Below, one piece after another: positions 49,289 to 58,369 of a stretch of 64,000 bases of DNA. The position numbers were made by a program, and so were the translations under genes. The notes under the pieces were generated by a model. It had not been told where the DNA came from, made no database searches, and saw only the letters and a list, made by a program, of their open reading frames with translations. Position 1 is the first letter of the stretch; each line of letters begins with the position of its first letter. Source of the DNA: Lawsonibacter sp. (lineage in GTDB: Bacteria > Bacillota > Clostridia > Oscillospirales > Oscillospiraceae); assembly GCA_045579605.1 (NCBI GenBank), contig JAZNMM010000126.1, forward strand, positions 936-64,935, written 5' to 3'.

Positions 49289-50047
49289 TTATTCCGTGAT
49301 AAGACAGGACATATCATACAGTCCGGGCTTGCTGACAGTAGCCAGAAACTTTGCTGCACGAATTGCACCCGCAGCAAAGATGTCCCGGGAAAGAGCGGTG
49401 TGCTTGATCTCCATGACTTCATCGTGGCCGGCGAAGATAATCTCGTGCTCACCCACAATGGTGCCGCCACGCACCGCGCTGATACCGATCTCTTTTGCAT
49501 CCCGGGGCTTGCGTACGCTTTGACGGTCATAGACATACTGCGTCTCGTGCCCACAGGCAGACGCGGCTGCGTCCGCGATCATCAACGCGGTACCACTGGG
49601 AGCGTCGACTTTACGGCGGTGATGCCGCTCTACGATTTCGATATCGTAACTGTCGCCCAGCACCTGCGCGGCCTTCTTCACAAGCTCAAGCAGCACGTTA
49701 ATGCCCAGAGACATATTGGCAGAGCGGAACACCGGCACTTCCAGCGCCGCGGCACCGATCTGAGCCACCTGCTCGGGGCTGTAACCGGTGGTGGCAAGGA
49801 CCAGAGGGATATGCCGTGCTCTGGCAAAGTCCAGCAGACCGCCCAGGGCGGCGGGACTGGAAAAATCAATGACCGCGTCTGCCGCACCCTGAAACAGGGC
49901 GGGGGAGGTATACACCGGGAAGGACTGGCCGCTCTGGCCCATGATGTCAAAGCCGGCGACAACCTCTACCTCGGCATCCGCAGCGCACAGGGCCTGCACC
50001 ACACGGCCCATATGGCCGTTACACCCGGAGATGATTATCTTTTGCAT
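49289..50047 (-). CDS. dapB: 4-hydroxy-tetrahydrodipicolinate reductase
   Basis: GCNG.MG, IDFS, ATTG, SANMSLG, E.HHRRKVDAPSGTA. Confidence 0.97.
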   Translation of the reverse strand: MQKIIISGCNGHMGRVVQALCAADAEVEVVAGFDIMGQSGQSFPVYTSPALFQGAADAVIDFSSPAALGGLLDFARARHIPLVLATTGYSPEQVAQIGAAALEVPVFRSANMSLGINVLLELVKKAAQVLGDSYDIEIVERHHRRKVDAPSGTALMIADAAASACGHETQYVYDRQSVRKPRDAKEIGISAVRGGTIVGEHEIIFAGHDEVMEIKHTALSRDIFAAGAIRAAKFLATVSKPGLYDMSCLITE

Positions 50048-50060
50048 TCTGCCGGCCCTC

Positions 50061-50951
50061 TTACTTCAGCACGCCCATGCGCAGCATGGCCTGACGCAGC
50101 ACGTCCAGGTTCTTGTCTGCCATATCGCACAGGGGCAGGCGCAGGGGACCGGCCTGCATGCCCATGAGATTCATGGCCGTCTTGATAGGAATGGGGTTGA
50201 CCTCGATAAACAGAGCGTCGATCAGGTCCATGTAGTCGATCTGCAGTTTGGAGGCGGCTTGGAAGTCGTTGTCCAGACACAGGTGGCTCATTTTGACCAT
50301 GACCTCGGGGATGATGTTGGAGGCCACGCTGATCACGCCCTTGGCCCCCAGGGCCATCATAGGCACGACCTGGTCGTCGTTGCCGGACCAGATGTAAAAA
50401 TCCTCCGGACACAGGCAGCGGGTATGGGCCAGCAGGGAGAAGTTTCCGCTGGCCTCCTTCACGCCGTTGATCTTGGGGTTCTCTGCCAGCACCTTATAGC
50501 TTTCCGCAGTAAAGGACACGCCGGTACGGGAGGGGACATTGTACAGGATCATGGGCAGGTCAGTACGGTCGGCAATGTACTCATAGTGCTTGATCAGACC
50601 GGTCTGGCTGGCCTTGTTGTAGTAAGGAGTGACCAGCAGGGCAGCGTCCGCACCGGAATCCTGGGCATGCTGAGTCAGGTACACGGCGGCAGAGGTATCG
50701 TTGCTGCCGGTGCCGGCGATGACCTTGACACGGTGGTTCACACGCTTGACACAATATTCCACCGCTGCAATATGCTCGCGGATGGACATGGTGGCCGACT
50801 CACCGGTGGTGCCGCACACACACACGGCGTCCACACCGGCATCGATCTGATAGTCGATCTGCTTGCCAAAGGCATCGTAATTGATGCTTCCGTCGGCATT
50901 AAAGGGAGTGACAAGGGCAGGGCAGGAGCCGGTAAATACAGGAGTTCTCAT
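50061..50951 (-). CDS. dapA: 4-hydroxy-tetrahydrodipicolinate synthase
   Basis: ALVTPF, GTTGES, TPYYNK, YNVPSRT, GVKEASG, NPIPIK. Confidence 0.98.
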   Translation of the reverse strand: MRTPVFTGSCPALVTPFNADGSINYDAFGKQIDYQIDAGVDAVCVCGTTGESATMSIREHIAAVEYCVKRVNHRVKVIAGTGSNDTSAAVYLTQHAQDSGADAALLVTPYYNKASQTGLIKHYEYIADRTDLPMILYNVPSRTGVSFTAESYKVLAENPKINGVKEASGNFSLLAHTRCLCPEDFYIWSGNDDQVVPMMALGAKGVISVASNIIPEVMVKMSHLCLDNDFQAASKLQIDYMDLIDALFIEVNPIPIKTAMNLMGMQAGPLRLPLCDMADKNLDVLRQAMLRMGVLK

Positions 50952-50991
50952 GATCATTCACCCTTTCAAAAGATGGTCGGAGATCGAAAAA

Positions 50992-52086
50992 TTACTTGCG
51001 GTCGATGTATCCTTCTGCGCACAGCAGCTCGGCCAGCAGCACCGCACCGCCGGCAGCGCCGCGCAGGGTGTTGTGGGACAGGCAGACGAACTTGTAATCG
51101 TACTGGGTATCCTCACGCAGACGGCCGATGTTGACCGCCATGCCGTTCTCGGTCATGCGGTCCAGGCGGGTCTGGGGGCGGTTCTCCTCCTCGTAGTAGT
51201 GGAGGAACTGCTTGGGGGCGGAGGGGAGCTCCAGCTCCTGAGCGCGGCCGCTGAAGCCGGCCCAAGTGGCCTTGATCTCGTCAATAGAGGGCTTCTTGCC
51301 CTGGGGGAAGGACATAAACACCGCGGCCATGTGACCGTCCTGGCAGGCCACGCGGAAGCACTGGGCGGTAATGGAGGGGGCGGTGGCGGCGGTGATCTTA
51401 TCCTCGCCCACAGTACCCCACAGCTTCATGGGCTCGCGCTCGCTCTTTTCTTCCTCGCCACCGATATAGGGGATGCAGTTGTCCACCATTTCAGGCCAGC
51501 GCTCAAAGGTCTTGCCCGCACCGGAGATGGCCTGATAGGTGCACACCAGCGCCTTTTCGATGCCGTACTTCTCCTTCAGGGGGTGCAGCGCGGGAATGTA
51601 GGACTGCAGGGAACAGTTGGACTTGACCGCAATGAAGCCGCGTTTGGTGCCAAGACGCTTGCGCTGGGCTTCGATGATGCGAATATGATCGGCGTTGATC
51701 TCAGGCACCACCATGGGCACGTCGTCCGTCCAGCGGTGGGCGGAGTTGTTGGACACCACAGGGCACTCCGCCTTGGCGTACCGTTCTTCCAGAGCGCGGA
51801 TCTCATCCTTCTTCATATCAACGGCACAGAACACGAAGTCCACCGCAGCGGCGATCTTCTCCACGTCCTCGGTGGCGTTCAGCACCACCAGATCCTTGGC
51901 CTTGGCAGGGATAGGGCAGGTCATGGCCCAACGACCGGCAACGGCCTGCTCATAAGTCTGGCCGGCAGAACGGGCGCTGGCAGCGATCACGGTCAGCTCA
52001 AACCAGGGGTGGCCATCCATCAGGGTAACGAAGCGCTGACCCACCATACCGGTGCCGCCAATGATACCTACTTTGTACTTTTCCAT
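50992..52086 (-). CDS. asd: Aspartate-semialdehyde dehydrogenase (archaeal/fungal-like type)
   Basis: GGTGMVGQRF, HPWFE, VVPEIN, SNCS, YQAISGAG, HNTLRGAAGGA. Confidence 0.96.
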   Translation of the reverse strand: MEKYKVGIIGGTGMVGQRFVTLMDGHPWFELTVIAASARSAGQTYEQAVAGRWAMTCPIPAKAKDLVVLNATEDVEKIAAAVDFVFCAVDMKKDEIRALEERYAKAECPVVSNNSAHRWTDDVPMVVPEINADHIRIIEAQRKRLGTKRGFIAVKSNCSLQSYIPALHPLKEKYGIEKALVCTYQAISGAGKTFERWPEMVDNCIPYIGGEEEKSEREPMKLWGTVGEDKITAATAPSITAQCFRVACQDGHMAAVFMSFPQGKKPSIDEIKATWAGFSGRAQELELPSAPKQFLHYYEEENRPQTRLDRMTENGMAVNIGRLREDTQYDYKFVCLSHNTLRGAAGGAVLLAELLCAEGYIDRK

Positions 52087-52176
52087 GTCGTTTCGATCCT
52101 TTCCGGCGCGGAGCTGCCGCGCATATTGTTGGTATAATTTGGTCCGCTCACCGTGACTGCAGCAGAAAGTTTGCAG

Positions 52177-52205
52177 TTGCCAAGCGGGGCGAAACCCGTT
52201 ATAAT
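52177..52205 (+). promoter_or_regulatory. SigA promoter for spoIID-like/queA/tgt
   Basis: TTGCCA-N17-TATAAT. Confidence 0.7.
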
Positions 52206-52259
52206 AAAGAGAAAGGTGTCTGTTTGGATACACGGGCACGCTTTCCTCTATATTAAGTA

Positions 52260-52288
52260 ATCTTACCACGGGCAGTGCCTGGTGTCAA
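52260..52288 (-). promoter_or_regulatory. SigA promoter for asd-dapA-dapB
   Basis: Minus strand TTGACA-N17-TAAGAT with extended TG. Confidence 0.7.
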
Positions 52289-52328
52289 CGAATTCCACAT
52301 TGTCGTATTTGGAGAAATGGAGCGTCCT

Positions 52329-54305
52329 ATGTCCTTGAAAATAAGACAATTTGCAGCGGCGGCTCTTGTCCTTGTTCTTTGTGCAGGTGCGGTCTCCGCT
52401 ACCACATCCTCTTCCGACCCATACGCGGGCAAAAAACTGCGTGTAGGCCTTGCGTGGCAGGGGAGCAGCGTGGGAACACTGGTAGAGGCCAAGCTGCTCA
52501 ATGCGGATGTCAGCGCCGTGACCGGCTATCGCATGGGATACTTTGATGAAGCGCTTAATTTTGTCGAGGTCGCCCGCACAGAGCATACCTATTTGACCAT
52601 GGTGAAGACCACCAACATTTATCGTTCCGGCGAAAATTATACTACCGAAAAACCCTCGGGAAGCCATGAGACTCTTGGGTGCTACCATCTGAAGCATTCC
52701 GGCACATTTGATTCCTACGAGGCTGCTCTGCAGACGGCTCAGACGTTGGAAAAGGGCTTTGTTGCCTGGGTCGATGGGGAATATCAAGTGCGTGCCGGCT
52801 CGTTTACCACCGCTGCCGATGCCCAGGCGGCCGCCGATGTGGCCAATATTGTGGAACAGGCGCGGCAGGAACAGGAACAACAGCAGGAACAACAGCAGGA
52901 TCAAAAGCAGGCCGTAACCCCAGAGCCGGAAGAACCGGCCGGGGAAGCAGATGAGCAGCTGCCCCCTGCAGAAGATAGCTCCGTCGCAGAAGGGGAGACC
53001 CCGGCAGATCTGATACCCGATACTCCTGCGCCCGATGTCAGCCAAGCGATACCCTCTGAACTTCCGGAGCCGGTGAGCTGGTCGGTGTGCTATACTACCT
53101 CGTATGGCATCAACGTGGTCAAAACGGGCACCTGTGACATTCTGCTTCAATTTGACGGCGGCCAGACCAACTCCTTAGGTGTGATGCCCGGCTACGAGAC
53201 AAACGAAGGGGCGGTAACCTGGTTTAAGGGCTACAAATATCTGGGCGGGTTCCGTTACGAACGCATGAACGGTGGCAATATCACCGTTGTGAGCATTGTG
53301 GACGTTGATACCTATGTCAAAGGGGTCGTCCCCTATGAGTCCAACAAACTCTGGCCTCTGGAAACGCTGAAGGCACAGGCTATGTGCGCACGAAACTACG
53401 GGCTGATCAATCTCAACAAACACAAAGAGCACGGCTTTGACCTGTGTAACACCGTGGACTGTCAGGTATACTACGGCATGGGCAGCGGAAAGGAATCCTT
53501 TCAGCCCAGCGACCTGAGCAACCGGGCGGTAGAGGAAACTTCCGGCATGTACGTATGGTACGGCGACAAGCTGGCTCAGACCTACTTTGCCGCCAGCAGC
53601 GGCGGCGGCACGGAAGACGTTTCCAACGTGTGGGGAAGCAAGCAGTCTCTTTACCCCTACCTGACCGGAGTGGTGGACCCCTACGAGCTCAGCGTGGCGG
53701 ATAAAATCCCCAATTACAAATATTCCAACACCTTCAGCAAAAAACAGCTAACCACCATTCTCCAAAGCAAGGGTTATGCCACCAACACTTCGGTCGAGAC
53801 CTTTGAGGTGACGAAGGTTTCCAGGACAGGAAATGTGCTGGAGATGAAGTTTACCTACGCCAACGGGAAAAGCAACACCTTTGCCAGCGTGGGCAGCAGC
53901 TGGCTGCGCAGCAAGCTGGGCTGCCGCACCATGCACTTCACCGTCACCCCGGTGGGGGACGGTGTGCCCACGTCCGTTGAATTTGCGGTAAACGGCGCTG
54001 AGCAGGCCACTCTGACCGACGTTAACGGCCTGTTTGCCCTTGCTGCAGACGGTAGTATTGTCCCTGTGCAGGGTTACCCCTATGTGATCACCGACACCGG
54101 AACAGTATCTTCCACCCAGCCCCAGCCCGCTGTGGCCGGAGGCGAGGTAAAGTACCTGGTGGAAGGTGCAGGCAACGGCCACAACATCGGTTATAGTCAG
54201 TGGGGTGGCTACGGCATGGGTATTCAGGGCTTTACCTATGACCAAATCCTCAAATTCTATTTTACCGGCGTTACGATCGGTGACTCCCCGGAGGGATCGC
54301 TTTGA
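52329..54305 (+). CDS. SpoIID/LytB-domain lytic transglycosylase-like secreted protein
   Basis: Signal peptide; [41 protein letters not shown]. Confidence 0.9.
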   Translation: MSLKIRQFAAAALVLVLCAGAVSATTSSSDPYAGKKLRVGLAWQGSSVGTLVEAKLLNADVSAVTGYRMGYFDEALNFVEVARTEHTYLTMVKTTNIYRSGENYTTEKPSGSHETLGCYHLKHSGTFDSYEAALQTAQTLEKGFVAWVDGEYQVRAGSFTTAADAQAAADVANIVEQARQEQEQQQEQQQDQKQAVTPEPEEPAGEADEQLPPAEDSSVAEGETPADLIPDTPAPDVSQAIPSELPEPVSWSVCYTTSYGINVVKTGTCDILLQFDGGQTNSLGVMPGYETNEGAVTWFKGYKYLGGFRYERMNGGNITVVSIVDVDTYVKGVVPYESNKLWPLETLKAQAMCARNYGLINLNKHKEHGFDLCNTVDCQVYYGMGSGKESFQPSDLSNRAVEETSGMYVWYGDKLAQTYFAASSGGGTEDVSNVWGSKQSLYPYLTGVVDPYELSVADKIPNYKYSNTFSKKQLTTILQSKGYATNTSVETFEVTKVSRTGNVLEMKFTYANGKSNTFASVGSSWLRSKLGCRTMHFTVTPVGDGVPTSVEFAVNGAEQATLTDVNGLFALAADGSIVPVQGYPYVITDTGTVSSTQPQPAVAGGEVKYLVEGAGNGHNIGYSQWGGYGMGIQGFTYDQILKFYFTGVTIGDSPEGSL

Positions 54306-55324
54306 AGACCTCAGATTTTGATTACGAACTGCCTCAGGAACTGATCGCTCAGACCCCACTGGAGCGACGGGACTCCTCGCGCCTTCTGACATTGAACAAG
54401 CTGTCCGGCGCGTGGGAGCATCGGCATTTTTACGAGCTGTCCCAACTGCTGCGCCCGGGAGACTGTCTGGTCATGAACGACTCCCGCGTGCTGCCCGCCC
54501 GACTCATTGGCCACAGACAGACGGGTGGAGCGTGTGAGGTACTCCTGCTCATCGACCGGGGCGACAACCTTTGGGAGTGCTTGGTGCGTCCCGGGCGGAA
54601 GCTCAAGCCCGGCGCAAAGGTCATTTTCGGCGATGGGGAACTTACTGGAGTAGTGGAAGCGGAGATCGAGGGCGGAAACCGGCTGATCCGCTTCTCCTAC
54701 GAAGGAATTTTTCTTGAGGTGCTGGAGCGCCTTGGCCGCATGCCGCTTCCTCCTTACATTACGGCCGAGCTGCAGGATTCCGAGCGCTACCAAACCGTTT
54801 ATTCCAAAGTTACCGGCTCTGCCGCAGCACCTACCGCAGGTCTTCACTTTACGCCAGAACTGCTTGCCCAGCTGGAAGAGATGGGTGTGTCCCTTTGCTA
54901 TGTCACGCTCCACGTGGGCCTTGGTACGTTCCGCCCTGTAAAGGCAGAACGAATCGATGAACACGAGATGCACTCGGAGTACTGCGTTATTCCCCAGGAA
55001 ACAGCTGATGTGATCAATCGGACCAAAGCCGCCGGTGGACGGGTGATCTGCGTGGGAACCACCTCCTGCCGCACGATAGAGAGCTGGGCAGGGGAGGATG
55101 GACATCTGACCGCAAGCGCCGGCTGGACAAATATCTTTATTTATCCCGGATATCGATTCAAGGTTCTGGACGGGCTGATTACCAATTTTCATCTGCCCCA
55201 GTCCACCCTTGTTATGCTGGTCAGTGCGCTGGCCGGTAGAGAGAACGTGCTGGCGGCCTACCAAGAGGCCGTAAAAGAACAGTATCGTTTCTTCTCCTTT
55301 GGGGATGCCATGTTTATTTCCTGA
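54302..55324 (+). CDS. queA: tRNA preQ1(34) SAM ribosyltransferase-isomerase
   Basis: [50 protein letters not shown]. Confidence 0.98.
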   Translation: MKTSDFDYELPQELIAQTPLERRDSSRLLTLNKLSGAWEHRHFYELSQLLRPGDCLVMNDSRVLPARLIGHRQTGGACEVLLLIDRGDNLWECLVRPGRKLKPGAKVIFGDGELTGVVEAEIEGGNRLIRFSYEGIFLEVLERLGRMPLPPYITAELQDSERYQTVYSKVTGSAAAPTAGLHFTPELLAQLEEMGVSLCYVTLHVGLGTFRPVKAERIDEHEMHSEYCVIPQETADVINRTKAAGGRVICVGTTSCRTIESWAGEDGHLTASAGWTNIFIYPGYRFKVLDGLITNFHLPQSTLVMLVSALAGRENVLAAYQEAVKEQYRFFSFGDAMFIS

Positions 55325-55345
55325 CCTACTGCGGGGTGTAAAACG

Positions 55346-56479
55346 TTGTTTAAAGTATTAAAAACGGACGGGAAAGCCCGGCGTGGACACTTTATTTGTC
55401 CCCATGGCGAGGTGCAGACCCCCGTCTTCATGAACGTGGGCACACAAGGTGCCATCAAGGGCGCGGTATCTGCCCACGACCTGAAAGAAATCGGCTGTCA
55501 GGTAGAGCTGTCCAACACCTACCACCTACACCTGCGGCCCACAGATACCGTGGTGCGGCAGATGGGCGGTCTGCATCGCTTTATGGACTGGGACGGCCCC
55601 ATCCTCACCGACAGCGGCGGCTTTCAGGTGTTCTCCCTGTCCGGTCTGCGCAAGATCACAGAGGAAGGTGTTACCTTCGCCTCCCACATCGATGGTCACC
55701 GTATCTTCATGGGTCCTGAGGAGTCCATGCGCATCCAGTCTAATCTGGGCAGCGACATCGCCATGGCCTTCGACGAGTGTGTGGAGAACCCCTCACCCTA
55801 TGAGTATGTGAAGGCTTCCTGCGAGCGCACCGTTCGCTGGCTGGCACGGTGCAAGGCAGAGCATGACCGACTCAACGCATTGCCAGACACAGTCAACCCC
55901 GGTCAGATGCTCTTCGGCATCAATCAGGGCGGTACTTATCCCGATTTACGGGTTTGGAACATGATAGAAACAGCCAAGATTGAGTGCGACGGTTACGCCA
56001 TCGGCGGTTTGGCTGTGGGCGAGCCGGCGGAAGTCATGTACGAAATCATTGATGCTGTGGAACCTCACATGCCCAAAGACAAGCCCCGCTATCTTATGGG
56101 AGTTGGCACACCATCCAACATCATCGAAGCGGTGGCCCGGGGCGTGGATTTCTTTGACTGTGTGATGCCCGCCCGAAATGCCCGCCACGGAAAGCTGTTT
56201 ACCTGGCAGGGGACCATCAACATTAAAAATGAAAAATATAAAACAGACGCACGTCCCATCAGTGAGGGGTGTCAGTGTCCCGCCTGTCGTTCCTTCTCCC
56301 GCGCCTATGTCCGTCACCTGCTCAATGCAGGTGAGATGCTCGCCCTGCGCCTGTGTGTGCTGCACAATCTGTACTTTTACAATGAGCTAATGACCTGTAT
56401 ACGTCAGGCCATTGACGAGGACCGGTTTGAGCAATTCCGTCAGGAATATTCTCAAAAGCTTGGCCAGCCGTGTAAGTAA
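55346..56479 (+). CDS. tgt: tRNA-guanine transglycosylase (TTG start)
   Basis: TPVFM.VGT, NTYHL, TDSGGFQVFSL, PRYLMGVG, DCV.P.R, C.C..C Zn site. Confidence 0.98.
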   Translation: MFKVLKTDGKARRGHFICPHGEVQTPVFMNVGTQGAIKGAVSAHDLKEIGCQVELSNTYHLHLRPTDTVVRQMGGLHRFMDWDGPILTDSGGFQVFSLSGLRKITEEGVTFASHIDGHRIFMGPEESMRIQSNLGSDIAMAFDECVENPSPYEYVKASCERTVRWLARCKAEHDRLNALPDTVNPGQMLFGINQGGTYPDLRVWNMIETAKIECDGYAIGGLAVGEPAEVMYEIIDAVEPHMPKDKPRYLMGVGTPSNIIEAVARGVDFFDCVMPARNARHGKLFTWQGTINIKNEKYKTDARPISEGCQCPACRSFSRAYVRHLLNAGEMLALRLCVLHNLYFYNELMTCIRQAIDEDRFEQFRQEYSQKLGQPCK

Positions 56480-56492
56480 TTTCCAAAAGGGC

Positions 56493-56521
56493 TTGCAAAA
56501 GGGGTTGTTTCCCGCTATAAT
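56493..56521 (+). promoter_or_regulatory. SigA promoter of yajC
   Basis: TTGCAA-N17-TATAAT. Confidence 0.8.
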
Positions 56522-56576
56522 ATTTGCTGATACGGTAAAACACCGATACATTTTATGATTTGGAGGAATCAACATT

Positions 56577-56852
56577 ATGGGTGATATGACTATGCTGCTG
56601 CCCCTTGTTCTGATGTTCGCGCTCATGTACTTCTTCATGATCCGTCCCGAGAACAAGAAGCGCAAGGCCGCTGAGGCAATGCGCAGTTCTCTGGCCGTGG
56701 GTGATGTGATCACCACCATCGGCGGCATCGTGGGCACCATCTGTGCTGTCAAGGAAAATACCATCGTCATCGAGACCGGCGCCGACCGCGTGCGTATCGA
56801 GTTCACCAAATGGGCTGTCTCTACCAAGGGCGCCGAGGTGTCCGAGAAATAA
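56577..56852 (+). CDS. yajC: Preprotein translocase subunit YajC
   Basis: MYFFMIRP.NKKRK, GD.ITTIGGIVG. Confidence 0.96.
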   Translation: MGDMTMLLPLVLMFALMYFFMIRPENKKRKAAEAMRSSLAVGDVITTIGGIVGTICAVKENTIVIETGADRVRIEFTKWAVSTKGAEVSEK

Positions 56853-56866
56853 TTGGCACATATTGT

Positions 56867-56921
56867 CCACCCTCTCTGCATATGTTTCCACAAAGGGAAC
56901 ATAGGGGAGGGTGGCTTTTTT
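56867..56921 (+). terminator. Terminator after yajC overlapping a SigE-like promoter and the next RBS
   Basis: CCACCCTCTCT..TATGTTTCC/GGGAACATAGGGGAGGGTGG + T6. Confidence 0.7.
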
Positions 56922-57341
56922 ATGGCTGTAACACGCAAACGGGAAGAAGCCCAGACATGGACCGCAGGTGCGGCAGCCGTGCTGCGGAGCGGTGCGCTGG
57001 GTACTGGCTGTGCACTTGCCGCAGTGGGAGTTGCCGCGGTATTTTGCAATTTTGGCATTATCCCGGTAGGAGCAGGGGAGTATACCTCCATTGTCGCAGC
57101 GCTGATCGGAGCATTCATCGCCGGTGCTTATGGCGCCCGGCACTGTACGACAACTGCTGGTGTGTGGAGCGGAATCGCATCCGGAACAGTAGTATTCCTG
57201 CTCCTGCTGACTCTGGGTGCTTTGATATTCCAAACGGCACCTGAAGCTGCGGGGGGTGCGGCCAGACTGGCAGAGTGCCTGTGTGCAAGCGCATTGGCCG
57301 GGTTGTTGTTTTCCAAGCCAAAGAAAAAGCGCCGGCGATAA
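56922..57341 (+). CDS. TIGR04086/YrzE-like four-TM membrane protein
   Basis: Very hydrophobic, Gly/Ala-rich, basic KPKKKRRR tail; located after yajC. Confidence 0.75.
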   Translation: MAVTRKREEAQTWTAGAAAVLRSGALGTGCALAAVGVAAVFCNFGIIPVGAGEYTSIVAALIGAFIAGAYGARHCTTTAGVWSGIASGTVVFLLLLTLGALIFQTAPEAAGGAARLAECLCASALAGLLFSKPKKKRRR

Positions 57342-57655
57342 TCATCGGCAGCCATCAGATCTCGATTTCATTATAGGCAAAATGACCGAATGTACGCTTT
57401 TGCCAACGCTGTCAAACGAAGGTGTATACAAATAGTATTTATACATTTTGTAATTGCAACTCCCTCCTTGTCCCTATATTTAGCTGTGGGGCGAGGAGGG
57501 GTTCCTATATCTTGAACTGAAGGCAACCCATGCACACACACAAACTCAAATGTTTACATAACATTGTTGACATAACGTATTGACATAATCTACAAAATTT
57601 CGAAATTGTTCTAAAACACCTTGCCTTCGCTGAAAAAAATGATTATAGTATAGGT

Positions 57656-57704
57656 ACACTGCACCTCCGGCGAGGGATCAACACTGTCGGAGGTCTATTT
57701 TTTT
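57656..57704 (+). ncRNA. Candidate ~50-nt small RNA
   Basis: TTGCCT-N17-TATAGT promoter (57621-57649) directly followed by hairpin ACCTCCGGCG/TGTCGGAGGT and T7. Confidence 0.4.
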
Positions 57705-57721
57705 CCGCTCTTTCATAGGAT
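57693..57721 (+). promoter_or_regulatory. SigE-like promoter of spoIIM
   Basis: GTCTATT-N14-CATAGGAT. Confidence 0.55.
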
Positions 57722-57739
57722 AAGCCCGGGGTGATCACC

Positions 57740-58351
57740 GTGGGCAAGCGAAAAAAATGGAGAGTAGATCTGCTGTCCGGACACAGCGCGGCGCTTGTAT
57801 TTTTGAGTGTTTTATTTCTGCTTGGAAGTGTGGCCGGTTGTGTGGGCGCGGGTTTGTTTCAAGACGAGCAGGGGCTTGTTCGTTCCGGCGTTTCCTCTGC
57901 GTTATCGTCCGCAGCTCAGCCGGGCCTTTGGGCCTGTGTGCGCTGTTCGGGTGGGTTTTGCCTTGTGGCATTTGCATTGTGTTTTACCGCATTTGGCATG
58001 ATCGGCTTGCCTGTCTTGTTTGTTTGCCGTGGCTTCTTGCTGTGCTATGCCATGGGTGTGTTTTATCACCTGTGGGGCTTTTCCGGTCTGATTTTTTCCC
58101 TGGTGCTCTATGGGTTGCCGGCTCTGTTCTGGCTGCCGGCACTGTTTGCCCTTGGAGAACAGGGGCTGCCCGCAGCCTATGTCCTTCTTCGCAGAAGACT
58201 TGGAAAGGGAAAGATCGTTTCTCCCTATGGCAGGAAGTTCTGGCCCTTGTGCGCGGTGTGTACCGTGCTTATCCTGCTGTGTATCTGGGTGGAGTATACC
58301 TGGGTGCCTGTTTTATTACGTATGATCAACAAGGCGCTCGCCTTGTTCTGA
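57740..58351 (+). CDS. spoIIM: Stage II sporulation protein M-like membrane protein
   Basis: Multi-TM with G.P.....RGF..G motif; directly upstream of xerD; SigE-like promoter. Confidence 0.75.
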   Translation: MGKRKKWRVDLLSGHSAALVFLSVLFLLGSVAGCVGAGLFQDEQGLVRSGVSSALSSAAQPGLWACVRCSGGFCLVAFALCFTAFGMIGLPVLFVCRGFLLCYAMGVFYHLWGFSGLIFSLVLYGLPALFWLPALFALGEQGLPAAYVLLRRRLGKGKIVSPYGRKFWPLCAVCTVLILLCIWVEYTWVPVLLRMINKALALF

Positions 58352-58369
58352 GGAGAGTTTGAAGACACA

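Noticed and set aside
52087-52253. Canonical lysine riboswitch upstream of asd
   Set aside because: Conserved L-box core elements are missing; retained only as an unclassified leader
57342-57469. Minus-strand micro-ORFs (34 aa from ATG 57446; 27 aa from ATT 57454) behind AAGGAGGG, as a type I toxin
   Set aside because: No minus-strand promoter found; the hairpin's G-U pairs favour the plus strand; peptides lack a clear TM helix
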